IMG/VR virus record: IMGVR_UViG_3300034157_000066
DNA from: a virus
Taxonomy: Duplodnaviria; Heunggongvirae; Uroviricota; Caudoviricetes
Length of the DNA: 64,000 nt
Reading direction: 5' to 3' (one strand)
The notes beneath the pieces were generated by a model. It searched no databases. It saw only the letters and a list, made by a program, of their open reading frames with translations, and had not been told where the DNA came from. This document shows positions 39,991 to 50,139 of this stretch, piece by piece. Each line of letters starts with the position of its first letter. The first letter of the stretch is position 1. The position numbers and the translations under genes were made by a program.

Positions 39991-40809
39991 TTAAATCTCC
40001 ATCATGTCATGAACGATTCGAAGATCTTTAACATCAGTGTATTCAGTCCCATAAATATGATTATAGATTCTTAAAAAGCTTTGTTCTACTTCATCAAATT
40101 TAAAACCATCTTTGGAATTAAAGACTGCTCGACACGTACTTTCTTCTTCTTTTGTTTTAGATGAGCGAATTAATATTCCCATGTCCGTGACAGCAATATA
40201 AAGCCAGCCAAAAGAAACAGTGACCATTGCTCCTTCAGACGTTGTGTTAATGCTGGCTGTTATATTACCCATTGTGTGTTTCTTAATTGGATCTTCATAG
40301 ATTGTTTTCAGGTAAGAAAACTTCTTGACCAGTGTGTTTTCATCAAATAAGAGTTTGTCTATATAGCCTAGATATTTGTAGAACTTCTGTTTTCTTGGAA
40401 CATCAGTAAAGTTCTTTTCGTATAACCAGCTTTTGGAAGTTTCTTCAAATTTATGTCTGATTTCAGAATCAATAGATTGATGAATATCTTTATCATCGGT
40501 GTATTCATACAAAGAAAAATTATACGTGATGTCACTGATTGGCCCACTGCCTTGTTCAAAGATAAATGGATAGCTTTTTTCAAATGAGATATCGACGCTA
40601 CGGTCATCTAAAGCAAAATGGATACCAGTTTCATAATCACCACCATTGATGTTAATAAGATCATCGGCCAATAAATCAAGCAACCGAACCAGATAGGTTT
40701 TATAGGGTTGGCTTAAAAATTTCCCAATGTACATTGTTTCAACATTTTTTAGTCTGCTGATGGCGTAAGTTTCACTCAATCTTGTTTGCAGAACCAATGG
40801 CTCATTCAT
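39991..40809 (-). CDS. hypothetical protein with C-terminal HDMMEI tag (paralog of 39162)
   Basis: Tandem paralog. Confidence 0.8.
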   Translation of the reverse strand: MNEPLVLQTRLSETYAISRLKNVETMYIGKFLSQPYKTYLVRLLDLLADDLININGGDYETGIHFALDDRSVDISFEKSYPFIFEQGSGPISDITYNFSLYEYTDDKDIHQSIDSEIRHKFEETSKSWLYEKNFTDVPRKQKFYKYLGYIDKLLFDENTLVKKFSYLKTIYEDPIKKHTMGNITASINTTSEGAMVTVSFGWLYIAVTDMGILIRSSKTKEEESTCRAVFNSKDGFKFDEVEQSFLRIYNHIYGTEYTDVKDLRIVHDMMEI

Positions 40810-40953
40810 TATCTTTTTTACACCTATAAAAGCAGTTAGACATTTGTTCAGATTATATCATTTATTCGCTTTTTTTACCATCTGTTTTTTAGCTTTCGTT
40901 TCTACTGTTGTTGTGTTATAATGGAGCTTCAAAACATAGCATTCAGGTGACCT

Positions 40954-41346
40954 ATGCTTAAAACAATGCGAATGATAGCTATCCATATTGCAATGGTTTC
41001 AATTATTTTGTCTATTGCGTCTTTCGTCAACTATTATCTACTGGATAACAGTATGGGAAAAGGCGTCTATGCCGCTACTCTGGCAGCTTCGCTGTACTTG
41101 CAAGCGGTTCTCGGTGTTAATATGTTTTGCATGTTGGATAATGTGGATATGCCACTGAATGAAGTGGTTGATCTCAATGCAGCAAATATGTACCTGATTG
41201 GCTTCATTCTTATCACGATGATAACGCTTGCTATCACGTTTAATGCTAATTTTCTGGTGATGTTACTTTGTATGGCAGGCAATGGCATATTGAGTCATCT
41301 TCTTTGTAAAAAGTCTAAGAAAGCAGCACATGATAAGATAAAGTAG
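40954..41346 (+). CDS. four-TM membrane protein
   Basis: Hydrophobic segments; AGGTG RBS. Confidence 0.75.
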   Translation: MLKTMRMIAIHIAMVSIILSIASFVNYYLLDNSMGKGVYAATLAASLYLQAVLGVNMFCMLDNVDMPLNEVVDLNAANMYLIGFILITMITLAITFNANFLVMLLCMAGNGILSHLLCKKSKKAAHDKIK

Positions 41347-41516
41347 TAGTATTAGAATATTAAATATGTTCACAAAAAAAATTGATTTACACTTTTATAC
41401 TATTGCTTATTATTTTCCTTTTTATAGTGTAAATCGTGAAAAGGTGATTTGTAATTTATATTGACTATTTTTTTTTATATTGTATATTTATATTATAATA
41501 ATAAGAATAATAATAT

Positions 41517-42650
41517 ATGAAAAATAAATCAATGGTTCTTTTGTCTCTTTTAACGGTAAGTATTACGCAAGCTACTTATATGGTTAAAGTAAATTTAGGT
41601 GACGAAATAACATTTTATCAATGGACAAACGAATCTCCTGTACTTGGATCTTGGGTCAATTCTGGGGCTATTTATGATTGTTCTAACTGGTCACCTCTTG
41701 TTGAATCCATGACGACTGGCATTTCTTTTACACAAACAGCAACAGATTGCAAGCAAAATCAAACACAAACTGCTCAAGATAGAGAAATTGATACTGTTAC
41801 TGGCACTGTTCGTGATAAAGGACTTCCTTATACTAATACACAACATATTCCAGCGAGTGACACTCGACTAGCGGTTGGAACTTTAGAAACATGGATTGCT
41901 GCATTACCTGAATTTACAGCTTGGGTTGATAACGGTGGTGTTACTAATTGTACAAACTGGTCACCTGCGACTTCAACAGTGACAATCAATCAAGATTTTA
42001 CTCAAACCGCAACTGACTGTACACAAGCTCAAACTCGTTCTAAACAAGATCGTGAACAAGAAACAACCACAGGGGCTTTTAGAAATGTTGGTGCTGTTGT
42101 AACAGAATCCAAAAACCTTGTTGCATCTTCTACTCGATTAGCGAAAGGATCAAAAGAAACATGGGTAGCCATTGCATCTACTTCTACAGCATGGGTTAAT
42201 AATGGTGCATTAACAGGTTGTTCTAACTGGTCACCTGCTACATCAACTGTTCCTGCCAACCAAGGATTTACTCAAACGGCTACAGACTGTAAACAACCAC
42301 AAACTAGCACTAGACAAGATCGTGAACAAGAAACAACAACCTTAGCTATTCGTAATAAAGGTGTTGCAGTTACTGAAAACCAAAACATTACAACAACATC
42401 TACCAGAACAGCTACTGGCACTAAAGTTGCTCAGCAATGTTTGTATGATACTTATAACTATAATTGGTCACATGGTTTTGCTTACACAACTACAATCGTA
42501 TGGGCTGGACAAGTCTTGTTTGACAACTCTTGGACTAGTGAGCTTGGGGCTTATTCTTCTATGGTTATTGGCGGCTTTAAGTATAGTCGTGGTGCAGATG
42601 GTCCTGATTATCCGGGGATGTCTTATTACATTTGTAGAGAGCCTATTTAA
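41517..42650 (+). CDS. secreted fibre/adhesin-like protein with three Cys/Trp/Thr repeats and variable tip
   Basis: Signal ending TQA-TYMVKVNL; 3x CxNWSP...FTQTATDCxQxQT; tip C...YYICREPI. Confidence 0.75.
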   Translation: MKNKSMVLLSLLTVSITQATYMVKVNLGDEITFYQWTNESPVLGSWVNSGAIYDCSNWSPLVESMTTGISFTQTATDCKQNQTQTAQDREIDTVTGTVRDKGLPYTNTQHIPASDTRLAVGTLETWIAALPEFTAWVDNGGVTNCTNWSPATSTVTINQDFTQTATDCTQAQTRSKQDREQETTTGAFRNVGAVVTESKNLVASSTRLAKGSKETWVAIASTSTAWVNNGALTGCSNWSPATSTVPANQGFTQTATDCKQPQTSTRQDREQETTTLAIRNKGVAVTENQNITTTSTRTATGTKVAQQCLYDTYNYNWSHGFAYTTTIVWAGQVLFDNSWTSELGAYSSMVIGGFKYSRGADGPDYPGMSYYICREPI

Positions 42651-42770
42651 AAATTTAGAAAAGTCCAGTGATGGGCTTTTTTACTTACAGCCTTAAACGT
42701 TATAATTTATAAGTTTACAAAAGCCTTGATTTTTGGTATAATGATACCATCTTAAAAAGGTGTAATCGTT

Positions 42771-43496
42771 ATGTCTAAAATCAACAGTAGCAAAAGTAAT
42801 GGCACATTGTTTGAGCAAATCGGCTTGGCGTTCATCGCTACTGCCGGTCAGCCTTACTTTGCCAATAACGGCTACATCGCTACCTCTGACGCAGACATTG
42901 CTCGTTGGGTTGAGAACGACTATGACCTTTTCACTAAATACCTTAAACCAGATGGCTTTCGTCGTGGTTGGGGCGTTCAAGGTAAAATTCACATCGGCAA
43001 CATTCGTATTGACCCAGACTTCTTTGACATGGAGACAGGTAGCCTTTACGAATTCAAATATCAGGAAAGCAGTGGTTCGATGATTGAAAAGCTTTACAAA
43101 AACTTTTTGACCTATCAAGCCATTAAAGATCCTTCGTTCATTGTCCATCATGGCGTAGGTTTCAGTGACCGGTTCTTTTCTTGCTTGAATGAACATCGCC
43201 AGTTCATGAAACACCCTGACTTGACCCAGTTCATTACGTTTAATCAATTTGTTCAAGAAAAACTTGGTTTGTCGATTGACGTGAGTGAGTCTCATATGTC
43301 GATTGCTACTGACAAGGCTGCAACATCGGCTGTTCGTCGCAAGCATGTTAAGTTAAAGGATTACGTTGAACGTGTTGTTTACGACACAAAAAGCAACAAG
43401 GAAATTGCTCGCTTCAAAACTCTGCAACTGCTTGAAGACGCATCGAATGATGGCTTCAAGGATGACAATTTCTTTAAAAAATGCTCTTTCAACTAA
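42771..43496 (+). CDS. putative PD-(D/E)XK nuclease
   Basis: IDPDFFD...YEFKYQESSGSMIEKL. Confidence 0.5.
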   Translation: MSKINSSKSNGTLFEQIGLAFIATAGQPYFANNGYIATSDADIARWVENDYDLFTKYLKPDGFRRGWGVQGKIHIGNIRIDPDFFDMETGSLYEFKYQESSGSMIEKLYKNFLTYQAIKDPSFIVHHGVGFSDRFFSCLNEHRQFMKHPDLTQFITFNQFVQEKLGLSIDVSESHMSIATDKAATSAVRRKHVKLKDYVERVVYDTKSNKEIARFKTLQLLEDASNDGFKDDNFFKKCSFN

Positions 43497-43509
43497 TTAG
43501 GAACTTTTT

Positions 43510-43797
43510 ATGACTGCCTTGCAAACTGCTGAATTGATTGAGTCACCGTTTATGAAAGTGAACAAAGGTCTGGAAATTGTGGGCAACTGGCCTAAGCATA
43601 TTCGTGCATTGGCTGATGGCACTGCTGTTGAAGAACTTCGTTGTGCTTGTTTTTACTACATCCATAAAAAGACGCCGAAATTGCAGTCTGAAATTATGAC
43701 TGATGACATTACTGACAGTGTAATTAACGTTATCAATATTATTGAAAAATTGGCTAATGAAATCCTTGGCAGAGACGGGCCAATTGTGGTAGAATAA
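43510..43797 (+). CDS. hypothetical protein
   Basis: AGGA RBS, operonic. Confidence 0.7.
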   Translation: MTALQTAELIESPFMKVNKGLEIVGNWPKHIRALADGTAVEELRCACFYYIHKKTPKLQSEIMTDDITDSVINVINIIEKLANEILGRDGPIVVE

Positions 43798-43829
43798 CCT
43801 ATCTTAAACAAACCAGCGAGATTAAAACA

Positions 43830-44213
43830 ATGGAACTCACTTTGAAAGCCATTCAAATTGCAAAAGACGCCCATGAGTCGGTTGTCACTGCACAAAAGAC
43901 TTACAAAAGAACTCAGGGGCTTATTCGTGAAGCTATCGCTGCTGAACACCCTCTCAGTTCGTTGATTGGGAAAGACTACATTTACACCAGAGCTATGTGG
44001 GGCACTCCCAACAAAGGCGTTACTGATGCGGAATACCTTAAACAACACGAGCATATGCAAGCCTATCAGCTTGAGTTTGGTGACAATCCAGAAAACCATT
44101 ATGGTTTTGAACAAGGTGCCATTTACGCTTGTTATGTGTGTCTGGAACATGATTCCAGTTTTGACGAAGAACATCCAGAATTTTGGGAACTCTTGTTCGT
44201 CAAAGTCAACTAA
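43830..44213 (+). CDS. hypothetical protein
   Basis: Operonic; UUCG terminator follows. Confidence 0.75.
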   Translation: MELTLKAIQIAKDAHESVVTAQKTYKRTQGLIREAIAAEHPLSSLIGKDYIYTRAMWGTPNKGVTDAEYLKQHEHMQAYQLEFGDNPENHYGFEQGAIYACYVCLEHDSSFDEEHPEFWELLFVKVN

Positions 44214-44314
44214 CACGGCTACATCGTATAAGGCATCCTTCGGGGTGCCTTTTTTATTGAATACTGTTTCTATTTGTGGTATAATAGTCCATCTTAACGA
44301 AAAGAGTATTTGCC

Positions 44315-44830
44315 ATGCATAATGACAGCACGCTCATGTATTGCTTATTGCTACTTGCTGTGTTTGCTTTTGTGATTTACCACGTAGGTATGCACAGAAT
44401 CAATCATGAATTCAAGAATCCTCCCGATACAGGTGATTGGGTCAACTTCTTTGATGAATACAAAGACATGATGTCTTCTATTATCCAAGGTCCGCTGCAG
44501 TATGCTGATAGCTGGCTTGGCCGACATGTCATTTACAAATACCTCGATGACAAAGCAACCGTTAATGGTCGTAAAATTGATTGTTGTTCAGTTAAAATCA
44601 AGTTTATGTTGAAAACCTACAAAGATGGTCGCCGGGAAATTCATGCTGACACTGAAAGCCATTACGGCAAACCAGAATTTTACAATGGTGAAGTTCATGA
44701 AAATTATGATGTGGGTGGCAAAAGTTTTGTCGCGGATGTGAATAACTTTAATCAGATGTGGAAAGAAATCCTTGAATATCATTTTTCTGTCAAACTTGAT
44801 GGAAAGACTGACAAAATCAAGATTTCTTGA
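44315..44830 (+). CDS. hypothetical protein with N-terminal TM anchor
   Basis: Own promoter and terminator. Confidence 0.75.
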   Translation: MHNDSTLMYCLLLLAVFAFVIYHVGMHRINHEFKNPPDTGDWVNFFDEYKDMMSSIIQGPLQYADSWLGRHVIYKYLDDKATVNGRKIDCCSVKIKFMLKTYKDGRREIHADTESHYGKPEFYNGEVHENYDVGGKSFVADVNNFNQMWKEILEYHFSVKLDGKTDKIKIS

Positions 44831-44919
44831 ATAACCTTCATTTAAAAGCATCCTTCGGGATGTTTTTTTTGCTTATTTTTTAATGATGTGTTATTATCAG
44901 GCATTATTGGAGAAATCAT

Positions 44920-45141
44920 ATGTCAGTATTAACGTTACGAGTGGTTAAAGGTGGCTCAATAGGTTCAATAGACACGTTCAAAGTTCAACAGCGGAAGTTC
45001 ATTTTCTGGGTTGATTTTAAAGAAGGTGGCGTTGTTCGCACGTTCGACAGTCTCGTTTTGGCGAATATGTATGCTCAATTGAAAGCACGGTCAATGAAAG
45101 GCAAGTTTATTGATCGCAAAATAAAAAGCAATGTGGTATAA
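44920..45141 (+). CDS. hypothetical protein
   Basis: GGAG RBS. Confidence 0.7.
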   Translation: MSVLTLRVVKGGSIGSIDTFKVQQRKFIFWVDFKEGGVVRTFDSLVLANMYAQLKARSMKGKFIDRKIKSNVV

Positions 45142-45165
45142 TAGGTCATTCTTACGGAGAACGAC

Positions 45166-45663
45166 ATGAAATACATTAAAATTAAAGACACTGTTGTTGT
45201 TTTTGACGAAGTGACCAATCACGGTTTTATGGCTCGATTGTTGGGTGACGAAGAAGATGTTCAGTCAGCCGGTTTTGTCAAAGTGTTCCCTACCTCGGGT
45301 AACACCATCCGTCTCAGTGTGGGTGGACGAAGCAACACCTTGAAAATCGACTCCAATCCTGCTGACAAAGCTATTGTTGAAGAACACTTTAAAATGTCGG
45401 CTGACAGTCCTGTTAACTTTATCAGCACAGAAGACACGTTTATTCTTTTTCCAATGAATGCACCCTTTGATGTGGTTGATGCCATGAAGACCATCTGGCC
45501 CGGTGCTGAATTCGTTCATGGTCAACTGTCTTTTGAAACCGTTGAAAGTGATGACTTCCGTTATAACTCGGGCTATAAGGCTGTTCCGAAGTTTTCAAAT
45601 GTTGTAGGCACTGTCAGCAATGACCTGATGTTTACCATTGATTTCAATATTCGGGCAGATTAA
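45166..45663 (+). CDS. hypothetical protein
   Basis: Promoter plus GGAG RBS. Confidence 0.8.
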   Translation: MKYIKIKDTVVVFDEVTNHGFMARLLGDEEDVQSAGFVKVFPTSGNTIRLSVGGRSNTLKIDSNPADKAIVEEHFKMSADSPVNFISTEDTFILFPMNAPFDVVDAMKTIWPGAEFVHGQLSFETVESDDFRYNSGYKAVPKFSNVVGTVSNDLMFTIDFNIRAD

Positions 45664-45736
45664 TCTGCCTTTTTCTATACATCAAGCTCATTTAATGGTA
45701 TAATTGAGCCATCTTAAATAACATAGGTATTTCGAT

Positions 45737-46015
45737 ATGGCTTTCTTCAGTGTTATCAAGCAAGTTGAGTTTAAAACCGTTCAAGATGTTTTGAAATCGG
45801 CTCCTTTTGCTGTTCGGCCACGAATGGATAAAGGTGATATTGCTTTGTTTATATACTTTGAAGATGCTCATAAAAATATGATTGAAATTGGATCGATTAC
45901 TCTTTCTGTTGCTTTCATGGCTGACAAGGAAAATTTTGGCGGAAAAACCATCGAAGAATGGATTGCTGATCATGCAGATGAAGTCATTCCATCGGGTGTT
46001 TTCAAAAATAATTAA
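45737..46015 (+). CDS. hypothetical protein
   Basis: Promoter, AGG RBS, UUCG terminator. Confidence 0.75.
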   Translation: MAFFSVIKQVEFKTVQDVLKSAPFAVRPRMDKGDIALFIYFEDAHKNMIEIGSITLSVAFMADKENFGGKTIEEWIADHADEVIPSGVFKNN

Positions 46016-46209
46016 AAAAAGATAAGTTTCCACCTTAATCAAACCAGCTTCGGCTGGTTTTTTACTGGTCACAGAAAAAGTTACGGGTTTACCTGTCACT
46101 TTAAATCAAATTAATTACCTCATTTTTGCTTATAAACGCTTTTTGAGAATGATTAGCATTATTGACAAATACAAATATTGTGATAGTATATGACCAACAA
46201 ACAGAGGGT

Positions 46210-46569
46210 ATGTATATGAAAAATAACAATTTATTAATCGCTGCAGTTTTACCAATTGTTTATGGTGCTTACAAATATTACACTGACAAAGACTTTAAAG
46301 CTAAAGTAACAACCAATTTAGATAAAATTTATAATTCAGTTGATAATGGAGCACAAAAGTTGAAAAGACGTGTAGGGCACGCAGAAATAGAGCTTAAATC
46401 ATTTTTCAATGAAGCCTATGATGAGTTAAAGCTTACAGATGAGCAAATCGAAGACATTCACGAGGTCTTGAACAATAAAACGTCTGGTCTTGTGAATCGC
46501 GTCAAAAAGCTTCTTAACGAAGAGCAGAGAAAAATTTATGAATCTTCATTACACACATTGAAAAAGTGA
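46210..46569 (+). CDS. YtxH-like membrane-anchored helical protein
   Basis: N-terminal hydrophobic LLIAAVLPIVYGAY then charged helical region; family call tentative. Confidence 0.5.
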   Translation: MYMKNNNLLIAAVLPIVYGAYKYYTDKDFKAKVTTNLDKIYNSVDNGAQKLKRRVGHAEIELKSFFNEAYDELKLTDEQIEDIHEVLNNKTSGLVNRVKKLLNEEQRKIYESSLHTLKK

Positions 46570-46681
46570 ATATTCATATATAACAGAGGTCGTAATAACC
46601 TTTTGGACGGCTGTTCATAAACGATTGTATCCATCTACAATTGATTACAAAAAATAAACTTTCCTTTGGAGGCAAAATTCT

Positions 46682-46825
46682 ATGAATACACAACAGAATC
46701 AATCTCAAAATAAAAATGAACAAGGTAAGCAAAATCTGAAACAACCACAACCACAAACTGGGACTAAGCAAACACAGGCAAAACCTGCCGAGAAGGCACA
46801 AAGTCCTACTCAAAAACATAAGTAG
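46682..46825 (+). CDS. 47-aa Gln/Lys-rich disordered peptide
   Basis: GGAGG RBS; MNTQQNQSQNKNEQGKQNLKQPQPQTGTKQTQAKPAEKAQSPTQKHK; too short for the ORF track. Confidence 0.7.
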   Translation: MNTQQNQSQNKNEQGKQNLKQPQPQTGTKQTQAKPAEKAQSPTQKHK

Positions 46826-47234
46826 GACATAAATAAGTGTTAACCCTATGACCTTCGGGCCACAATCAAAGTCTATTACTATGTAGACTTAAGAAAGAAA
46901 ACTATTTGAAATTTCAAATACACGAAAACCCAGTTATTCTGGGTTTTTTTGTGTGGCAATGAATATATATTTTTACGGGTTTTTGTATGTGACGGTTTAT
47001 TTTTATAATACGGAATTATGTCACTTCTTGTTTTTTTTGTAGAAATAAATTATTTTACAACAATAATAACCCAAAAAAACCTTAATAAAGCTATTAATCT
47101 CCATTAAAAATAACATAATTAAAAAATTCCTCGTTTTAAATATATTAATTAATTATAAAATTTAAAAAAACAGTCTATATTAATAGTATTATATGTGGTA
47201 TTATAGTATTAATACAACAACAATATATATAGAT

Positions 47235-48368
47235 ATGAAAAAAACAATAATACTTTCATTATCAGCCTTAGCAGTAAGTGTTTCACAAGCTGCGTATATG
47301 GTAAAAGTTAACTTAGGCGAAGAAGTCACCTTTTTTCAATGGGCTGCTGAACAACCAGTTCTAGGACCGTGGGTTAATTCTGGCTCAGTTTATGACTGTT
47401 CTAACTGGTCACCGGACCCTTCAACTATTACTGTTAACATGCCTTTTATACAAACAGCGACTGATTGTAAACAAAATCAAGAACAAACTGCTCAAGATAG
47501 AGAAATTGATACCGTTTCTGGTACCGTGCGTGATAGTGGCGATCCTTATGTCAATACTCAATATATTACAGTAGGCAATACTCGTGCTGCAGTAGGCTTG
47601 TTAGAATCATGGATAGCTGCATTACCTGAATTTACATCTTGGGTTGATAATGGTGCATTAACAGGTTGTTCAAACTGGTCACCTGCGACTTCAACAGTGA
47701 CAATCAATCAAGATTTTACTCAAACCGCAACTGACTGTACACAAGCTCAAACTCGTTCTAAACAAGACCGTGAACAAGAAACAACCACAGGAGCTTTTAG
47801 AAATGTTGGTGCTGTTGTAACAGAATCAAAAAACCTTGTTGCATCTTCTACTCGATTAGCGAAAGGAGCAAAAGAAACATGGGTAGCCATTGCTTCTACT
47901 TCTACAGCTTGGGTTAATAATGGTGCATTAACAGGTTGTTCTAACTGGTCACCAGCTACATCAACTGTCAATGCTAACCAAGCGTTTACTCAGACAGCTA
48001 CAGACTGTAAACAACCACAAACAAGCACTAGACAAGATCGTGAGCAAGAAACAACAACCTTAGCTATTCGTAATAAAGGCGTTGCGGTTACTGAAAACCA
48101 AAATCTCACTACATCATCTACTAGATCAGCTATTGGTACTAAATCTTCTACTATATGTCGTTTTAATGAAGTAACAGACAATGTAACGAATTATGGCTCT
48201 ATTGCTAGCTACTCATTCACATGGGATGGCGAGTGGTTTTATATGGGCGATGGTGGTCCAGTGTTAAATTATAATGGTTATAGATATACTATTTCATCCT
48301 TTGTAAAAACTGTATATTCTACTTATCTTCAAACTCATTACTATACTATATGTAGAACACCTCTATAA
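47235..48368 (+). CDS. secreted fibre/adhesin-like protein, paralog of 41517 with a different tip
   Basis: Signal ending SQA-AYMVKVNL; same repeats; tip C...YTICRTPL. Confidence 0.75.
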   Translation: MKKTIILSLSALAVSVSQAAYMVKVNLGEEVTFFQWAAEQPVLGPWVNSGSVYDCSNWSPDPSTITVNMPFIQTATDCKQNQEQTAQDREIDTVSGTVRDSGDPYVNTQYITVGNTRAAVGLLESWIAALPEFTSWVDNGALTGCSNWSPATSTVTINQDFTQTATDCTQAQTRSKQDREQETTTGAFRNVGAVVTESKNLVASSTRLAKGAKETWVAIASTSTAWVNNGALTGCSNWSPATSTVNANQAFTQTATDCKQPQTSTRQDREQETTTLAIRNKGVAVTENQNLTTSSTRSAIGTKSSTICRFNEVTDNVTNYGSIASYSFTWDGEWFYMGDGGPVLNYNGYRYTISSFVKTVYSTYLQTHYYTICRTPL

Positions 48369-48621
48369 TTTAACTAAAAAGAAACAAAGCCCGAAAGGGC
48401 TTTTTCTTTGCCTTTAACTATATTTTATGATGTTGTATAAAACGGATTCTTACTAATGCCAACACATAAACTAAAACGGATTAATACACACAAAAAAGTG
48501 CCTAAAAAAACACGTCCATTATTTTTCATATTATGATAATATTTATATTTACTTAATTTAATTGATTATTTTAAAACTTAAATAAGACAACTCTTGATAT
48601 TCATTTTGGCTTACTTTATGT

Positions 48622-50139
48622 TTGTTATTTACATGTTATTATAGTATTAGAATGATAATTAATGATGAGCCTATTATGACAGATATTAAAATGTTAATGA
48701 TTGAAAACCTTGTTACAGGTCAGTTAACCAACTTTTCACCCATGACAATAGATCAAAGTATTAATCAATTAAAAAATCAAGAACGTTTAAATAATGAGAT
48801 TAGTACTCTCTTTGACAACATTTCGCCCACTGATAGATTTGTTATTCAAGGTTCCTTTCAAAAACCAGTAGACACCATTAAAGAGCTTCAGTTATCCTCG
48901 ATTTCCACTGGGCTTGTCGCTCTTGCTACTCAAGAACTTGAATTTGCCAATCATGGATCAGATTATGTTAGTTTGTCACTTATAAAAAAGGCTTATGATA
49001 AGTTTGACGACAATGTAGCATTATCAGAAAAAGGACAGGCGTTACTTAATAAATATAACTTACAACCTAGTCAACTTACAGCATTTGATTCAGATGAGTT
49101 AATGAACAATATTAAAAAAAGTCAACAAAACTTGTCAGTTAGTTACCTTACACAAAAAACTAATACATTCATGATACATGCTCTCCCGTCCTTTAAACCA
49201 GAAGATAACAGTCCATTGAGTGGGGTTAATTCACCACAACAAAAAATTGAAATATTACGATCAGTTAATCCTGAAATTTCTTGTTCTACGTTTAAAAGTG
49301 GAATCACCCACATTGGACAAGATTTTGGCGGTACCGGTATAGGTGTCATTATTTCATCTGGTATGGTTAAAATGGCTTCATCTTCTGATATGGGATCGCG
49401 TGTTGATTCTAATGGTGAGCGATCCGCTCTTGGTCAGTCTGCTGTCTCACAATTAGAAGTAGAAGAAGTCTTCAACAACCGGGTCAGTGGAGAAGGATAC
49501 AATGAAGTTATTGTAAAAAATCCTATCATTGCTGGTGTTTACATCAATTTGGACAATCAAGAATATGATGATCAAAAACGTACTTTTGCACAAAAACTAA
49601 ATCCAGAGCATGTATTTCAAATAGCCAAACATTTGAAAACGATGGCTAATGACGACTTTAAAAGTTTGCCTATTTATACCATATATAATGGGGAAATTAG
49701 AGAGTCACAATTAAACATAACAGCACTTAGCCGATTTTTACCAGAAGCTTTAAAAGGTGATGTTGCAAAATATAATGATGACAAGTATAGAGAAAACCTT
49801 ACCTCAGAAGATATTATGAAAAGAAAAGAATGGAAAAGTTTAACGAATGATGAGTTTGTTGCTATTGCTTATCATCGTGGAGATAGCCTGAACCATAAAG
49901 ATCTTCATCATAAAGGCCAAGAGCATGAATTAACCAATTTAAGAAAATTAGAAATTTTGGATAAACATCAACATTCGTTGAAAGGTGATTTAGCCGCACT
50001 CAAAACAAATGATAGACGATTAGATAATGTAGAAGAATATTTGAATGTGAATTTATCATCACTTGATAATTTGAATCATCAGAAATCTGTTGATTACATT
50101 CCAAGCTATCAACATAAGCACAAAAACAAGATAAATTAA
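48622..50139 (+). CDS. hypothetical protein, possible ADP-ribosyltransferase-like core; basic C-terminal tail
   Basis: IHAL, ISCSTF and GYNEV in ART-like order; start uncertain (ATG 48652 or 48676 likelier). Confidence 0.4.
   Translation: MLFTCYYSIRMIINDEPIMTDIKMLMIENLVTGQLTNFSPMTIDQSINQLKNQERLNNEISTLFDNISPTDRFVIQGSFQKPVDTIKELQLSSISTGLVALATQELEFANHGSDYVSLSLIKKAYDKFDDNVALSEKGQALLNKYNLQPSQLTAFDSDELMNNIKKSQQNLSVSYLTQKTNTFMIHALPSFKPEDNSPLSGVNSPQQKIEILRSVNPEISCSTFKSGITHIGQDFGGTGIGVIISSGMVKMASSSDMGSRVDSNGERSALGQSAVSQLEVEEVFNNRVSGEGYNEVIVKNPIIAGVYINLDNQEYDDQKRTFAQKLNPEHVFQIAKHLKTMANDDFKSLPIYTIYNGEIRESQLNITALSRFLPEALKGDVAKYNDDKYRENLTSEDIMKRKEWKSLTNDEFVAIAYHRGDSLNHKDLHHKGQEHELTNLRKLEILDKHQHSLKGDLAALKTNDRRLDNVEEYLNVNLSSLDNLNHQKSVDYIPSYQHKHKNKIN

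Noticed and set aside
41517-48368. Diversity-generating retroelement acting on fibre tips
   Set aside because: No reverse transcriptase or template repeat in the window; tip differences are not adenine-restricted.
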